Shown here piece after piece: positions 16,892 through 25,631 of a DNA stretch of 31,339 nt. Source of the stretch: a bacterium. Lineage in GTDB: Bacteria > Zixibacteria > MSB-5A5 > GN15 > FEB-12. The first letter of the stretch is position 1; each line of letters begins with the position of its first letter. The stretch is from contig JBDRNJ010000048.1 in the NCBI GenBank assembly GCA_043811375.1, positions 1-31,339 on the forward strand, written 5' to 3'. Under the pieces are notes generated by a model. The model saw only the letters and a list, made by a program, of their open reading frames with translations, was not told the origin of the DNA and did not search any database. The position numbers and the translations under genes were made by a program.

Positions 16892-18043
16892 ATGCTATAT
16901 ACATGTAACAGATCAGGTTTTACACTCGTCGAGGTGGTTCTCGTTATTGTCATTGCCGGGATTCTGGCTACGGTGGCGCTGCGTTCGGCGGGCGTTATAT
17001 CGGACACGGCCAAAGTGGAGCAAACCAAGCAGGAAATGGATGCGCTCGTTTTTGCCATAGCCGGTAATCCGGAACTGCACAACAACGGCACCCGATCTGA
17101 TTTCGGCTATGTCGGCGATGTCGGCGCCATACCGCCGAACCTCGATGCGCTATACTCCAACCCCGGCTCCTATACCACCTGGAACGGTCCGTATATCAGC
17201 AACCGGTTCACACAGACTGCAGATGACTACAAGACCGATGCCTGGGGGACATTCTACACCTACACCGGTGGCGTCGATATTACTTCGACCGGTTCGGGAT
17301 CCGATATCGTCCGTAAACTGGCCAACTCAACCGGCGACCTGCTGATAAACCAGGTGTCCGGCGTAGTCCTTGATGCAGACGATAAACCACCCGGCACAAC
17401 CTACAACGACTCAGTTTCCGTACGCCTGACGGTGCCCGATGGAGCAGGTGCCATCACGACGAAAAGCACGGTTCCAGACGCCGGCGGATATTTCTCTTTT
17501 GACTCGATTCTGATCGGCAATCACGACATCGAGGTTATCTATATTCCCAACAGTGACACCATGAGGCGATATGTATCGATCCTGCCGGCGGCGTCTTCCC
17601 ACAGTCAGTACAACCTGCCGGTTAGTGTCTGGGGCGCCGAGTCCGGAACAGATTCTATGTTGTCCATGACCTCCGGTTCCGATACGCTCTTCCCGTCGAC
17701 TCACTGCAACAGCGTCTCTTTCTGGCTGGCCAACAACACCGGCAGTCCCATCACCGTCAGCTCATTGACCCTCACCTGGACCAATCCGGTTGCCTATTAT
17801 CGATACGTCAAATGGAACGGTATCACTGTCTTTGATTCCAACAATCCCAAAGCAGCATCCGGAGAGGTGATCACCTTTTCATCACCACAGACGATCAACT
17901 CCGGCGAGACTGTCCGCATCCAACTCGAAACGTACGAGAGTCAGGCCACCGGTGGCGCGAAAGTCGATATGACGGGGGGGGATTTCACAATCGTGTTTTC
18001 AGACGGATCAACTTTTGACTTCATACCGATGGATTGCCCATGA
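16892..18043 (+). CDS. Prepilin-type protein 3: GspG-like plus beta-sandwich plus extra beta-rich distal domain
   Basis: RSG|FTLVEVVLVIVIAGILA; same core; about 135-aa extension (CNSVSFWLANNTGSPITVSSLTLTW...FTIVFSDGS...DCP). Confidence 0.85.
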   Translation: MLYTCNRSGFTLVEVVLVIVIAGILATVALRSAGVISDTAKVEQTKQEMDALVFAIAGNPELHNNGTRSDFGYVGDVGAIPPNLDALYSNPGSYTTWNGPYISNRFTQTADDYKTDAWGTFYTYTGGVDITSTGSGSDIVRKLANSTGDLLINQVSGVVLDADDKPPGTTYNDSVSVRLTVPDGAGAITTKSTVPDAGGYFSFDSILIGNHDIEVIYIPNSDTMRRYVSILPAASSHSQYNLPVSVWGAESGTDSMLSMTSGSDTLFPSTHCNSVSFWLANNTGSPITVSSLTLTWTNPVAYYRYVKWNGITVFDSNNPKAASGEVITFSSPQTINSGETVRIQLETYESQATGGAKVDMTGGDFTIVFSDGSTFDFIPMDCP

Positions 18044-18777
18044 ACAGACGCACAGACAGCAGCTTCGGTTTCACTCTGATCGAACTGATTATTGTGATCA
18101 TCCTGATCGGAGTGATGGCCACCATAGCCGTCCGCAAGATGTCGACCACTGTTGAGAATGCCCAGTACGAACAGACCAAGAAGGAACTGGACCAGTTGGC
18201 TTGCGCCATTGTCGGTAATCCCGATGTCTACCTCAACGGTGCGAGAGCCGATTATGGCTACGTCGGTGACATTGGTGCGCTGCCCCCGAACCTGGACGCC
18301 CTGGTGCAAAACCCCGGCGGTTACACTACCTGGGACGGACCTTATATGGCTGCCGGATTTGACAGCGACGCTTTCAAGAAGGATGGCTGGAATATCACCT
18401 ACGCGTACAGCGACACGCTGATACGCTCGACGGGATCAGGCAGTAATATCGACAAGGTATTCGCCTCCAGCTCATCGGAGTTGCTGGTCAACACTGTCCG
18501 GGGAGTAGTGCTCGATGCCGACAATCAGATGCCCGGGGCGATTTACAATGATTCGCTGGTCGTCCACCTGACCTATCCCGACGGCTCCGGCTCAACGACA
18601 ACCGCCACCACCAATCCGGACGCCAACGGCAGTTTCTCGTTCACCAACGTCCCCATCGGCCGTCACACACTTCGTGTGATTTATATACCCGATACCGATA
18701 CGGTGTCGTCTCCGGTGGCTGTCAACCCCGGCAGCACGTTGAAACTCAGTTTGGTCTTCCCGGCGGATTTGTGGTAG
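18040..18777 (+). CDS. Prepilin-type protein 4: GspG-like plus beta-sandwich domain
   Basis: FG|FTLIELIIVIILIGVMA, DYGYVGDIGALPPNLDALVQNPGGYTTWDGPY, VRGVVLDAD...DANGSFSFTNVPIGRHTLRV. ATGA overlap with the previous stop. Confidence 0.87.
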   Translation: MNRRTDSSFGFTLIELIIVIILIGVMATIAVRKMSTTVENAQYEQTKKELDQLACAIVGNPDVYLNGARADYGYVGDIGALPPNLDALVQNPGGYTTWDGPYMAAGFDSDAFKKDGWNITYAYSDTLIRSTGSGSNIDKVFASSSSELLVNTVRGVVLDADNQMPGAIYNDSLVVHLTYPDGSGSTTTATTNPDANGSFSFTNVPIGRHTLRVIYIPDTDTVSSPVAVNPGSTLKLSLVFPADLW

Positions 18778-18784
18778 ACTGGGA

Positions 18785-19588
18785 CTACTTGGTACCAACA
18801 CCAAATAGGACAGCCCTGGTGTATGGGTAACTATCCCCTACTCTGTGCATCTGCAACATTCGAAACGCTTCCTTTTTGAAAGCGGCCCGGGCCCCGGCTC
18901 CTGTCTCATCGATCCTCTTCAGACAACCCTGCCAACCAGAATGCTTCATAGAATCCCACCACGCTTCCTCACTCCCAAAAGCATACCGCTTCTCCTCGGG
19001 TAATACCCTTACATCGCGGAACCCGGCGTTGCGCAACTTGGTAGTGAGACTATCAGCAGTATCTCTGCTGTAAACGCGTGGGCGGTCATCTTCTTCGGGC
19101 TCGTTCATGTCTTCGTGACCGGCGTAGATGTTTTCCGGGAACTTACTCTGGATCAGTTCACCCATCCACTCGCTATCTTCCTCCAGGGCCCAGGAGCTAA
19201 GTGCGATTCGCCCGCCGTCCCTTAGCAACCGGTTTGTGTCCGCAAGAGAGAAGAACACGTATGAGAAGCCACTGAGGATGAAGTCGAAGGAGTTATCGTC
19301 AAAGTCGATCTTCCGGGCATCCATGTTCACTACCGTGGCATTTGTCAGCCCGTGTCGTTCGATCTCAATCGTTGTACACTTAACATGCGGGTCCCAGTTA
19401 TCGATGCCGACGACTTCCCCCCCGGGACCGACCATCTCAGCAGCAGGGATAAGAGATGTTCCTCTGCCGAACCCAATATCCAACACGTGGGAGCCTTCAC
19501 ATACTTTGGCGTGTTCTACCAGTTTCTTACCGAAATCATACCAGTAGTCTTCCAATGGGTTTTTCCTTATGCCGGTCGTCTTGGCCAC
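18785..19588 (-). CDS. Class I SAM-dependent methyltransferase (UbiE-like)
   Basis: VLDIGFGRG, VGPGGEVVGID, MDA..IDFDDNSFDFI, LLRDGGRIALSSW. GTG start with AGGAG upstream. Confidence 0.88.
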   Translation of the reverse strand: MAKTTGIRKNPLEDYWYDFGKKLVEHAKVCEGSHVLDIGFGRGTSLIPAAEMVGPGGEVVGIDNWDPHVKCTTIEIERHGLTNATVVNMDARKIDFDDNSFDFILSGFSYVFFSLADTNRLLRDGGRIALSSWALEEDSEWMGELIQSKFPENIYAGHEDMNEPEEDDRPRVYSRDTADSLTTKLRNAGFRDVRVLPEEKRYAFGSEEAWWDSMKHSGWQGCLKRIDETGAGARAAFKKEAFRMLQMHRVGDSYPYTRAVLFGVGTK

Positions 19589-19627
19589 TCACTATCTCCT
19601 ATGGTTTCCATGAATCACTCAGTCATT

Positions 19628-20770
19628 CTATGACTCTACGATATTGAGGATAATTCCACGTTTCTTCAGTTGCGGCAAGAAGAATGAAGGCTGCACTGCG
19701 TTTTCCTGTGGCTTGACACCCCTTTCGGTTATCTGACCGGCGGCAGCCATCCAGGCAATGATGGCCGCCGGAAAAGCAGTGGTGCGCATCATGGCCGTCA
19801 ATCCGGTGCGGGAATCCTGACGGTCGACAATCTCGTAAACAACCGTCCGGTTCTGCCCGTCTTTTTCCCCCTCGAAGGTGAGACGCACCAGCGCCATATC
19901 AGGATCATTGAAGGTGAGGTTCTTGTCTAAAACTGCCTTAAGGACCGCCCGCGGCTGGACCATCTGACCTTCGATTGAAAACGGTTGCCGTGAGGCCAGA
20001 CCGATCTCAAGCATCGGCTTGAATGCGGCGCAATGCCCGGGATAGCGGATGGTCTTATAATCGAGGAAGTCAATCTTCCCGGCAAACGAATCCGGAAGAG
20101 TCGAGGTGCCGCCGGAAGTATAGAAGGCTTCCAATTCGCCGATGCCGTCAAACTCCAGCTTCTCCAGACCGGTCATGGGGTTGACCGTCTTTTTCCGGCC
20201 ATTTTCAAGGATCAGGCATGGTTCCCAGTATTCGTTGATGAGACCTTCGGCGGCAAACAGCATCTGGTAGCCCAGTGGGGGACGCGGCGATTGCGGCAGA
20301 CCACCGACTCTGATTTTCAGTGAACGCACGTTATCAAAACGACTCACGCCGTCCACTACCAAGATCGAAACCATACCCGGCGCCAGACCGCAATCAGGGA
20401 TAATTATCACACCGGCCTGTTCGGCTTCATCATTCATGGCCAGTTGTGTTCGGACGGTATCATTGTTGCCGCCCAGATCGACCAGGTGACAGCGGCCGGC
20501 AATAGCTGCCTGGGTCAGGCCGGGATTGTACTTGTAGGGAACGCAGGAAACTGCCGCGTCAAAGTCCGCCAGCAAGCCTGTTGCCGCTTCGATATCGGAA
20601 GCATCCAGATGTCCCGGTGTTGTTTTGTCTTTGCCATAACGATCGGCGACTTCACCAGCCAGCTTCCGGTCGATATCGACCAGGCCGACCTCCTCGACAT
20701 CAGGGACTCGCGACAGATCGAATACTGCCGCCCGACCCATCAGTCCGGCTCCGATAACAGCTATTTTCAT
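19628..20770 (-). CDS. Saccharopine dehydrogenase / lysine 6-dehydrogenase family protein
   Basis: Rossmann VIGAGLMG, VDLGGN, PDCGLAPGM, VGGLPQ, GLINEY, YKTIRYPGH, AMMRTTAFP. Confidence 0.9.
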   Translation of the reverse strand: MKIAVIGAGLMGRAAVFDLSRVPDVEEVGLVDIDRKLAGEVADRYGKDKTTPGHLDASDIEAATGLLADFDAAVSCVPYKYNPGLTQAAIAGRCHLVDLGGNNDTVRTQLAMNDEAEQAGVIIIPDCGLAPGMVSILVVDGVSRFDNVRSLKIRVGGLPQSPRPPLGYQMLFAAEGLINEYWEPCLILENGRKKTVNPMTGLEKLEFDGIGELEAFYTSGGTSTLPDSFAGKIDFLDYKTIRYPGHCAAFKPMLEIGLASRQPFSIEGQMVQPRAVLKAVLDKNLTFNDPDMALVRLTFEGEKDGQNRTVVYEIVDRQDSRTGLTAMMRTTAFPAAIIAWMAAAGQITERGVKPQENAVQPSFFLPQLKKRGIILNIVES

Positions 20771-20876
20771 AGGTTGTCTCCGTCAATGTCGGTTTGCCTG
20801 AATATACACGGTCAGGAACACGAAACAAGAGATTGTCACGCCGCTTCGCGCCTCGACAAGACGGCTTCTCCGCTCG

Positions 20877-20952
20877 CTGCTTTCGCAGGATTGACAGAAA
20901 AACCAAGGCAGTACCTCTTTGTCTTTCATTATGTGTTTTTCAACACCCTGCT
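20877..20952 (+). repeat. Dispersed REP-containing repeat, partial copy 2
   Basis: ctgctttcgcaggattgacagaaaaaccaaggcagtacctctttgtctttcattatgtgtttttcaacaccctgct aligns with 122-197 and with the reverse complement of 31090-31166. Confidence 0.8.
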
Positions 20953-21000
20953 GGAGGCGAATCGTGTTGCCAGGTGTCACCCGACAACACAACCACCGAC

Positions 21001-21028
21001 AAAAAAAGCCCCGGCATCAACCGGGGCT
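21001..21028 (-). terminator. Rho-independent terminator after the TPR gene
   Basis: Minus strand agccccgg-ttgatg-ccggggct followed by a run of T. Confidence 0.82.
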
Positions 21029-21063
21029 AATAAATTACCACGATAGTAAGCAGACCGGGTGAT

Positions 21064-21963
21064 CTATTGCTGCAGGTCGGCTTGTTTTTTGGCCTCCTGG
21101 AGTTCTTTGACAACCCGCTCGGCCTCGGCCACCTGATTCTTTTTACGCGGGTTCTTCTTGGCCAGTTTGATGAAATCCTGCCAGGCTTCGATATTGGCGT
21201 CGTAATCTTCGGGATCCTGGGACTGGACGGCAATAGCATAGTTGTAGGCCGCCGTACTTCCCTTGGGGTTGACCTTTAGCGCCGCCTTGTATTCTCTGGC
21301 AGCGGCGGCGTACTTCTCCTGCCCCAGGTAGATTCCCCCCAACGCCGAGTGTGCTTTGGAACTCTTCTCAAGTTCCAGTGACTTTTTATAAGCCGCAATG
21401 GCATCGGTGGTTTTCTCCTGGTTCTGATACCCTTTGCCGAGCATGTAATGGCTGTTTTGATCGCTACCGCCCAGTTGGTGGCACTTACTGATCGATTCGA
21501 CCACCTTGGTGAACTCTCCCTTATTGTAGTAGACTTTGCCCAACTCCTTGTAGAATTCAGCATTTTTATCGTCCAGGGCAATGGCTGACTTAAATGCCGT
21601 CTCAGCCTCCAGCCACCGTTTCAGGGCGTAGTTAACCCGCCCCAGATTAGCAAAGGCTGTAACGTTGGTGGGGTCCTTCTCGGTGGCTGTCTTGAATGTC
21701 TCCATAGCCTTGTCGTATTCTTTGGTCTCAAAGTATATGGCTCCGAGATTGATGTAGGCATCGATAAACCCCTCGTCGGCGGCAATAGCAGCCATGTAGG
21801 ACAAAACGGCCTCCTCGATTTTACCGGCTTTGGCCATCTCGATACCGGTATTGTAATGTTCCTTGGCTTTTTCAGTGTCGGCCGCAAAAACTGTCGGCAC
21901 AGCGATCAACAACAAGCCGATGATTAAGACCGCCGTAAGTGCTATCTGTTTACTGGAATTCAT
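21064..21963 (-). CDS. Secreted/periplasmic tetratricopeptide-repeat protein
   Basis: Signal peptide ending VFA, multiple TPRs (AYINLGAIY, AFANLGRVNY, YKELGKVYY, AHSALGGIY). AGGAGA RBS before ATG 21963. Confidence 0.88.
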   Translation of the reverse strand: MNSSKQIALTAVLIIGLLLIAVPTVFAADTEKAKEHYNTGIEMAKAGKIEEAVLSYMAAIAADEGFIDAYINLGAIYFETKEYDKAMETFKTATEKDPTNVTAFANLGRVNYALKRWLEAETAFKSAIALDDKNAEFYKELGKVYYNKGEFTKVVESISKCHQLGGSDQNSHYMLGKGYQNQEKTTDAIAAYKKSLELEKSSKAHSALGGIYLGQEKYAAAAREYKAALKVNPKGSTAAYNYAIAVQSQDPEDYDANIEAWQDFIKLAKKNPRKKNQVAEAERVVKELQEAKKQADLQQ

Positions 21964-22025
21964 GGTATCTCCTTTGTTGCTTTCTACTATTATTACAAAA
22001 CGGACTTCAATCCGATTCAAAGTTA

Positions 22026-22472
22026 TCAAAGAGATTCGCGGTATTTCTCCAGTCGGGATCTGATAGAGGGATGTTTCAGAGCCAGAATTCGTGCCGCCAT
22101 CACGGCAGCATTGGCGGCTCCCGGGCGGCCGACAGCCATTGTCGCCACCGGAATACCGGGCGGCATCTGGACTATGGACAGCAGAGAGTCGATACCACCG
22201 AGCGCTGCCGGCAGCGGTACTCCGATAACCGGCAGATGGGTATGGGCGGCCACTACACCCGGCAATGCCGCTGCCAGACCGGCCATGGCAATAATAATCT
22301 CGAATCCATTCTTCTCAGCACCGGTTGCCAGATCGGCGGTACGAGACGGATGCCGGTGGGCCGAGCAGATTTCGAGGGAGCTTTCTATCTCAAATTCATC
22401 CAGAAGCTTACGGCAACGATCAGCATATTCCTGATCCGAGCCAGACCCGATGATAATAAGTACTCGCGCCAT
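22026..22472 (-). CDS. purE: N5-carboxyaminoimidazole ribonucleotide mutase / AIR carboxylase
   Basis: IIGSGSD, SAHRHP, AGLAAALPG, PVIGVP, DSLLSIVQMPPGIPVAT, NAA. Confidence 0.95.
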   Translation of the reverse strand: MARVLIIIGSGSDQEYADRCRKLLDEFEIESSLEICSAHRHPSRTADLATGAEKNGFEIIIAMAGLAAALPGVVAAHTHLPVIGVPLPAALGGIDSLLSIVQMPPGIPVATMAVGRPGAANAAVMAARILALKHPSIRSRLEKYRESL

Positions 22473-22474
22473 AT

Positions 22475-23767
22475 TCAGATCTCCACTATCGGTTTGTTCG
22501 CACGGAAACCAATATCGCGTCTGAACATGGCACCGTCATATCTGATCTTTTTCACCACTCCGTATGCCCGCCCTAAAGCCGCTTTGAGATCCTTATCCAC
22601 ACCAGTGACACCCAGAACCCTGCCCCCGGAGGTAGTCCACTCGTTGCCTTTCAGGACTGTTCCGGCGTGGAAGACCTGGCAGTCGTTGTCGCTGAAATCT
22701 CTCAACCCGTTGATCTTGACGCCGGTACGATACTTGTCGGGGTACCCCTTGGAGGCCATCACCACACAGGCGGCAACCTCGTGTCGCCATTGCAGTTTAG
22801 GAGCCGATCCCAGCCTGCCGCCAGCCACAGCCAACATCAACTCACACAAATCGGATCGCAATAGAGGCAGCACCACCTGCGTTTCGGGATCACCAAAACG
22901 ACAGTTAAACTCCAGTACCTTGGGGCCGTATGGAGTGAGCATCAAACCGGCGTACAGAACTCCTCGATAACAGATACCCTCTTTGGCCAGACCGTTGACA
23001 GCCGGAGTCAGTATCTGTTCAACGATTTCCGTCATCACTTCGTCGGTAACAAACCGAGTGGGACAATAGGCACCCATGCCGCCGGTGTTCGGTCCGCGAT
23101 CACCGTCGTAAGCCTGCTTGTGATCCTGGCTGGACAGGAAGGGTCGAACAGTCTTGCCGTCCGTGAGCGCCATAACCGACACTTCCTGTCCTTTGAGACA
23201 GGATTCGATTATAATCTGTTCTCCGGCTTTTCCAAACGACCGCTTGACCATAATCTGTTCGATGGAACGAGCGGCCTCCTTGTTGCCCCTGGCTATCATA
23301 ACCCCCTTACCGGCAGCTAAACCATCGGCCTTGATCACTACCGGATACTCGACGGTTTTGAGGAAACCGATGGCTTCGGCGGGTGTCGTAAATACCCGGA
23401 ATGGAGCCGTCGGTATATGGTGCTTGCGCATGAACTCCTTGGCAAAAACCTTACTACTTTCGATCCGGGCAGCTTTTTTATCGGGGCCGAATATCTTCAG
23501 TCTCCGTTTTTGAAACTCATCTGTGATCCCGGCCGCCAGAGGCGCCTCCGGACCCACCACCGTCAGACCGATCTTGTTCCGGGAGGCAAAATCAAGCAGT
23601 CCCTTGATATTGTCTGCTTTGATGTTCACGCAGTGAGCATTCCGCGAAATCCCCCCATTGCCGGGAGCACAAAAGATCTTTGAGACTTTCCTGGACTTCT
23701 TGAGCTTCCAGACCAGGGTGTGCTCCCTGCCGCCGGAGCCGATAACCAATACCTTCAAACTCACCAA
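22475..23767 (-). CDS. purD: Phosphoribosylamine--glycine ligase
   Basis: VIGSGGREH, APGNGG, VGPEAPL, KADGLAAGKGV, QDHK...GPNTGGMGAY, EFNCRFGDPE, GGRVL. Confidence 0.97.
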   Translation of the reverse strand: MVSLKVLVIGSGGREHTLVWKLKKSRKVSKIFCAPGNGGISRNAHCVNIKADNIKGLLDFASRNKIGLTVVGPEAPLAAGITDEFQKRRLKIFGPDKKAARIESSKVFAKEFMRKHHIPTAPFRVFTTPAEAIGFLKTVEYPVVIKADGLAAGKGVMIARGNKEAARSIEQIMVKRSFGKAGEQIIIESCLKGQEVSVMALTDGKTVRPFLSSQDHKQAYDGDRGPNTGGMGAYCPTRFVTDEVMTEIVEQILTPAVNGLAKEGICYRGVLYAGLMLTPYGPKVLEFNCRFGDPETQVVLPLLRSDLCELMLAVAGGRLGSAPKLQWRHEVAACVVMASKGYPDKYRTGVKINGLRDFSDNDCQVFHAGTVLKGNEWTTSGGRVLGVTGVDKDLKAALGRAYGVVKKIRYDGAMFRRDIGFRANKPIVEI

Positions 23768-23789
23768 ATGCTCTCCATATTAAGCCGAC

Positions 23790-23817
23790 AGTATATCACA
23801 ATAGTCACTAAGTTCAA
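23790..23817 (-). promoter_or_regulatory. Candidate sigma70 promoter for purD-purE
   Basis: TTGAAC - 16 nt - TATACT, with an extended TGn before the -10. Confidence 0.45.
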
Positions 23818-23945
23818 GCTGTTTTTTCCGGCTATCACCGAGATGCGGAACTTACCGGCTTATCGGAACGACCTGTACTGCGGCCAATTGCCGGTGCTGA
23901 AATGCGGACACACGAAACAGCGGCGTGATTGCCGGCGGTGGCGAT

Positions 23946-24812
23946 TTACTGAAATCCGATACGTCTTCTCCTGGCCTGACGAATGTAATCGGAGATAGTG
24001 GTAAAATCGAAATCACTGAGCAAACGGTCCAGCTTGCGATACATCATAGAGGTGGCGCCGTAGTTGCGGTAACGCTGGAAAAAGGTCAACCCTTCCACTT
24101 GTGGCGGCTTGGGGTCGATTTCCCAGGGATGCATATAGACAATAGCCGGCTGGTGGTGAGTGTTAAGAGCATTTACCATGCGCCGCGAATACCAGTAGGG
24201 AGCGTGGCGCAGGAAACCACCACCGGCCACGGGGATATTACGCCCCAGAAGGCGGCAGGTTGAGGCCGGGATTTCCCACAGAGTGCTGCCGTTCTTGAGG
24301 CGCATCCGAAACATCTGCCGGGGACCTCCCGGGATACCATAGAGATCGTGCTTGATGGGGAATATGGAACTGTCGTATTCAAAACCGAATTCTGTCAGTA
24401 TTTCAAACGCCCACGGGATAGTGGCGTTGATCGACCAACTGGGTGCCCGGTAACCTATGGGAACAAAACCAACCGCTCTGGAAATTGCCTCGACCGCCAT
24501 TTGTGTGTCCTGACGAAACGACTCCGGATCCATTCGGTCGACACGGCGATGTAGGAAGCTGTGGCAGGCTATTTCATGCCCCTGGTCGACTATCTCGCGG
24601 ATCAACTGGGGATACTTGCGGGCACTCCAGCCGAGCACGAACCAGGTGGCCAATACATCGTGACGGCGGAACAACTGAAGCAGACGGCGGGTGTTGGTGA
24701 TGAGCGTGGAAGGCAGATTATCCCACTGTTTCGGTGGACAGCGCTCGGAGAGAATATCGACGACAAACCACTCTTCCAGATCGACCGTCAGCAGATTCAA
24801 ATTCTGATCCAT
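23946..24812 (-). CDS. Polysaccharide deacetylase (DUF3473-containing, type found in PEP-CTERM/XrtA EPS loci)
   Basis: TVDLEEWF, ATWFVLGW, GHEIACHSFLH, GYRAPSWS, YDSSIFP, GGGFLR, YMHPWEIDP. Confidence 0.9.
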   Translation of the reverse strand: MDQNLNLLTVDLEEWFVVDILSERCPPKQWDNLPSTLITNTRRLLQLFRRHDVLATWFVLGWSARKYPQLIREIVDQGHEIACHSFLHRRVDRMDPESFRQDTQMAVEAISRAVGFVPIGYRAPSWSINATIPWAFEILTEFGFEYDSSIFPIKHDLYGIPGGPRQMFRMRLKNGSTLWEIPASTCRLLGRNIPVAGGGFLRHAPYWYSRRMVNALNTHHQPAIVYMHPWEIDPKPPQVEGLTFFQRYRNYGATSMMYRKLDRLLSDFDFTTISDYIRQARRRRIGFQ

Positions 24813-24824
24813 AAGCAGATGGCA

Positions 24825-25625
24825 TCAGGAGGACCGCACCGAGGCGTCCGGCACCTGTCGGTCCCCGGTGCTTTTGTTTTTACGATTGTTGCTACGAGCA
24901 TTGCTGCCGCCGGAGGGGGCATTTTTCTGTGGACGGGGAGCATATTCGTAACCGTAGTAGTTGTAATCGTAGTAATATGGCAGCCGGTTGTTCATGTTAT
25001 TGAGCACCACTCCGAGTATCTTGTGCCGGCTGGACTCCAGAATCTCCACCGCCCGAAGGACCACCTCGCGCTGGGTGGCACCGGCTTTGACGACCATTAC
25101 GATACCATCCATTTTGGGCGCCAGCAGCATGGGGTCCGATACCGGCAACAGGGGCGCCGAATCAACCAGAATCAGGTCGTAGTAGAATTTCATCTCTTCG
25201 ATAAGCTGGCCGATCACTTCGATATCGAGGGTCTCAGCCGGATGAGGACTGATTTGACCGGCCGGCAGAATATCCAGTGTTTTGATTTCCGTCTTCCGGA
25301 TACATTCCTCAGCCACCAGTCCGCCGTTTAAGAGACCGGTCATCCCCGGAGCGCGATTGATGGCAAAGAACTTATGGAGGGAGGGACGCCGCAGGTCACA
25401 ATCGATAAGCAACGTCTTCATCCTCTTGTGGCGAGCCGCCGTCAGAGCCAGGAAGGAACAGATAGTGGACTTGCCTTCCGAGAGCATGGCCGATGTAAAC
25501 AACAGTGCTTTCATTTCGGAACCGGTCTCGGCGTTTTGCACCTTGTGTAACAGACGCCGGAACTCGGTAACAAACGGCAGCTCCGGATTAAAGAAGTCAA
25601 TTATCGAGGTGTTGTGGCGCGCCAT
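24825..25625 (-). CDS. CpsD/CapB-family bacterial tyrosine kinase (stand-alone)
   Basis: EFRRL, Walker A SEGKST, LIDCDLRRP, LILVDSAPLL, GVVLN, and tyrosine cluster YYYDYNYYGYEY. Confidence 0.93.
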   Translation of the reverse strand: MARHNTSIIDFFNPELPFVTEFRRLLHKVQNAETGSEMKALLFTSAMLSEGKSTICSFLALTAARHKRMKTLLIDCDLRRPSLHKFFAINRAPGMTGLLNGGLVAEECIRKTEIKTLDILPAGQISPHPAETLDIEVIGQLIEEMKFYYDLILVDSAPLLPVSDPMLLAPKMDGIVMVVKAGATQREVVLRAVEILESSRHKILGVVLNNMNNRLPYYYDYNYYGYEYAPRPQKNAPSGGSNARSNNRKNKSTGDRQVPDASVRSS

Positions 25626-25631
25626 AACCGG

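Noticed and set aside
18778..18787. Shared 10-mer actgggacta at 18778 and 31081 (attgggacta at 10702) as an insertion-site signature
   Set aside because: Too short and inconsistent in context to distinguish from chance.
21939..22970. 343-aa plus-strand ORF, and similar long shadows at 24561-25331, 28555-29238, 13257-13862 and 481-1095
   Set aside because: Each lies antisense to a confidently identified gene in GC-rich DNA and has no domain signature.
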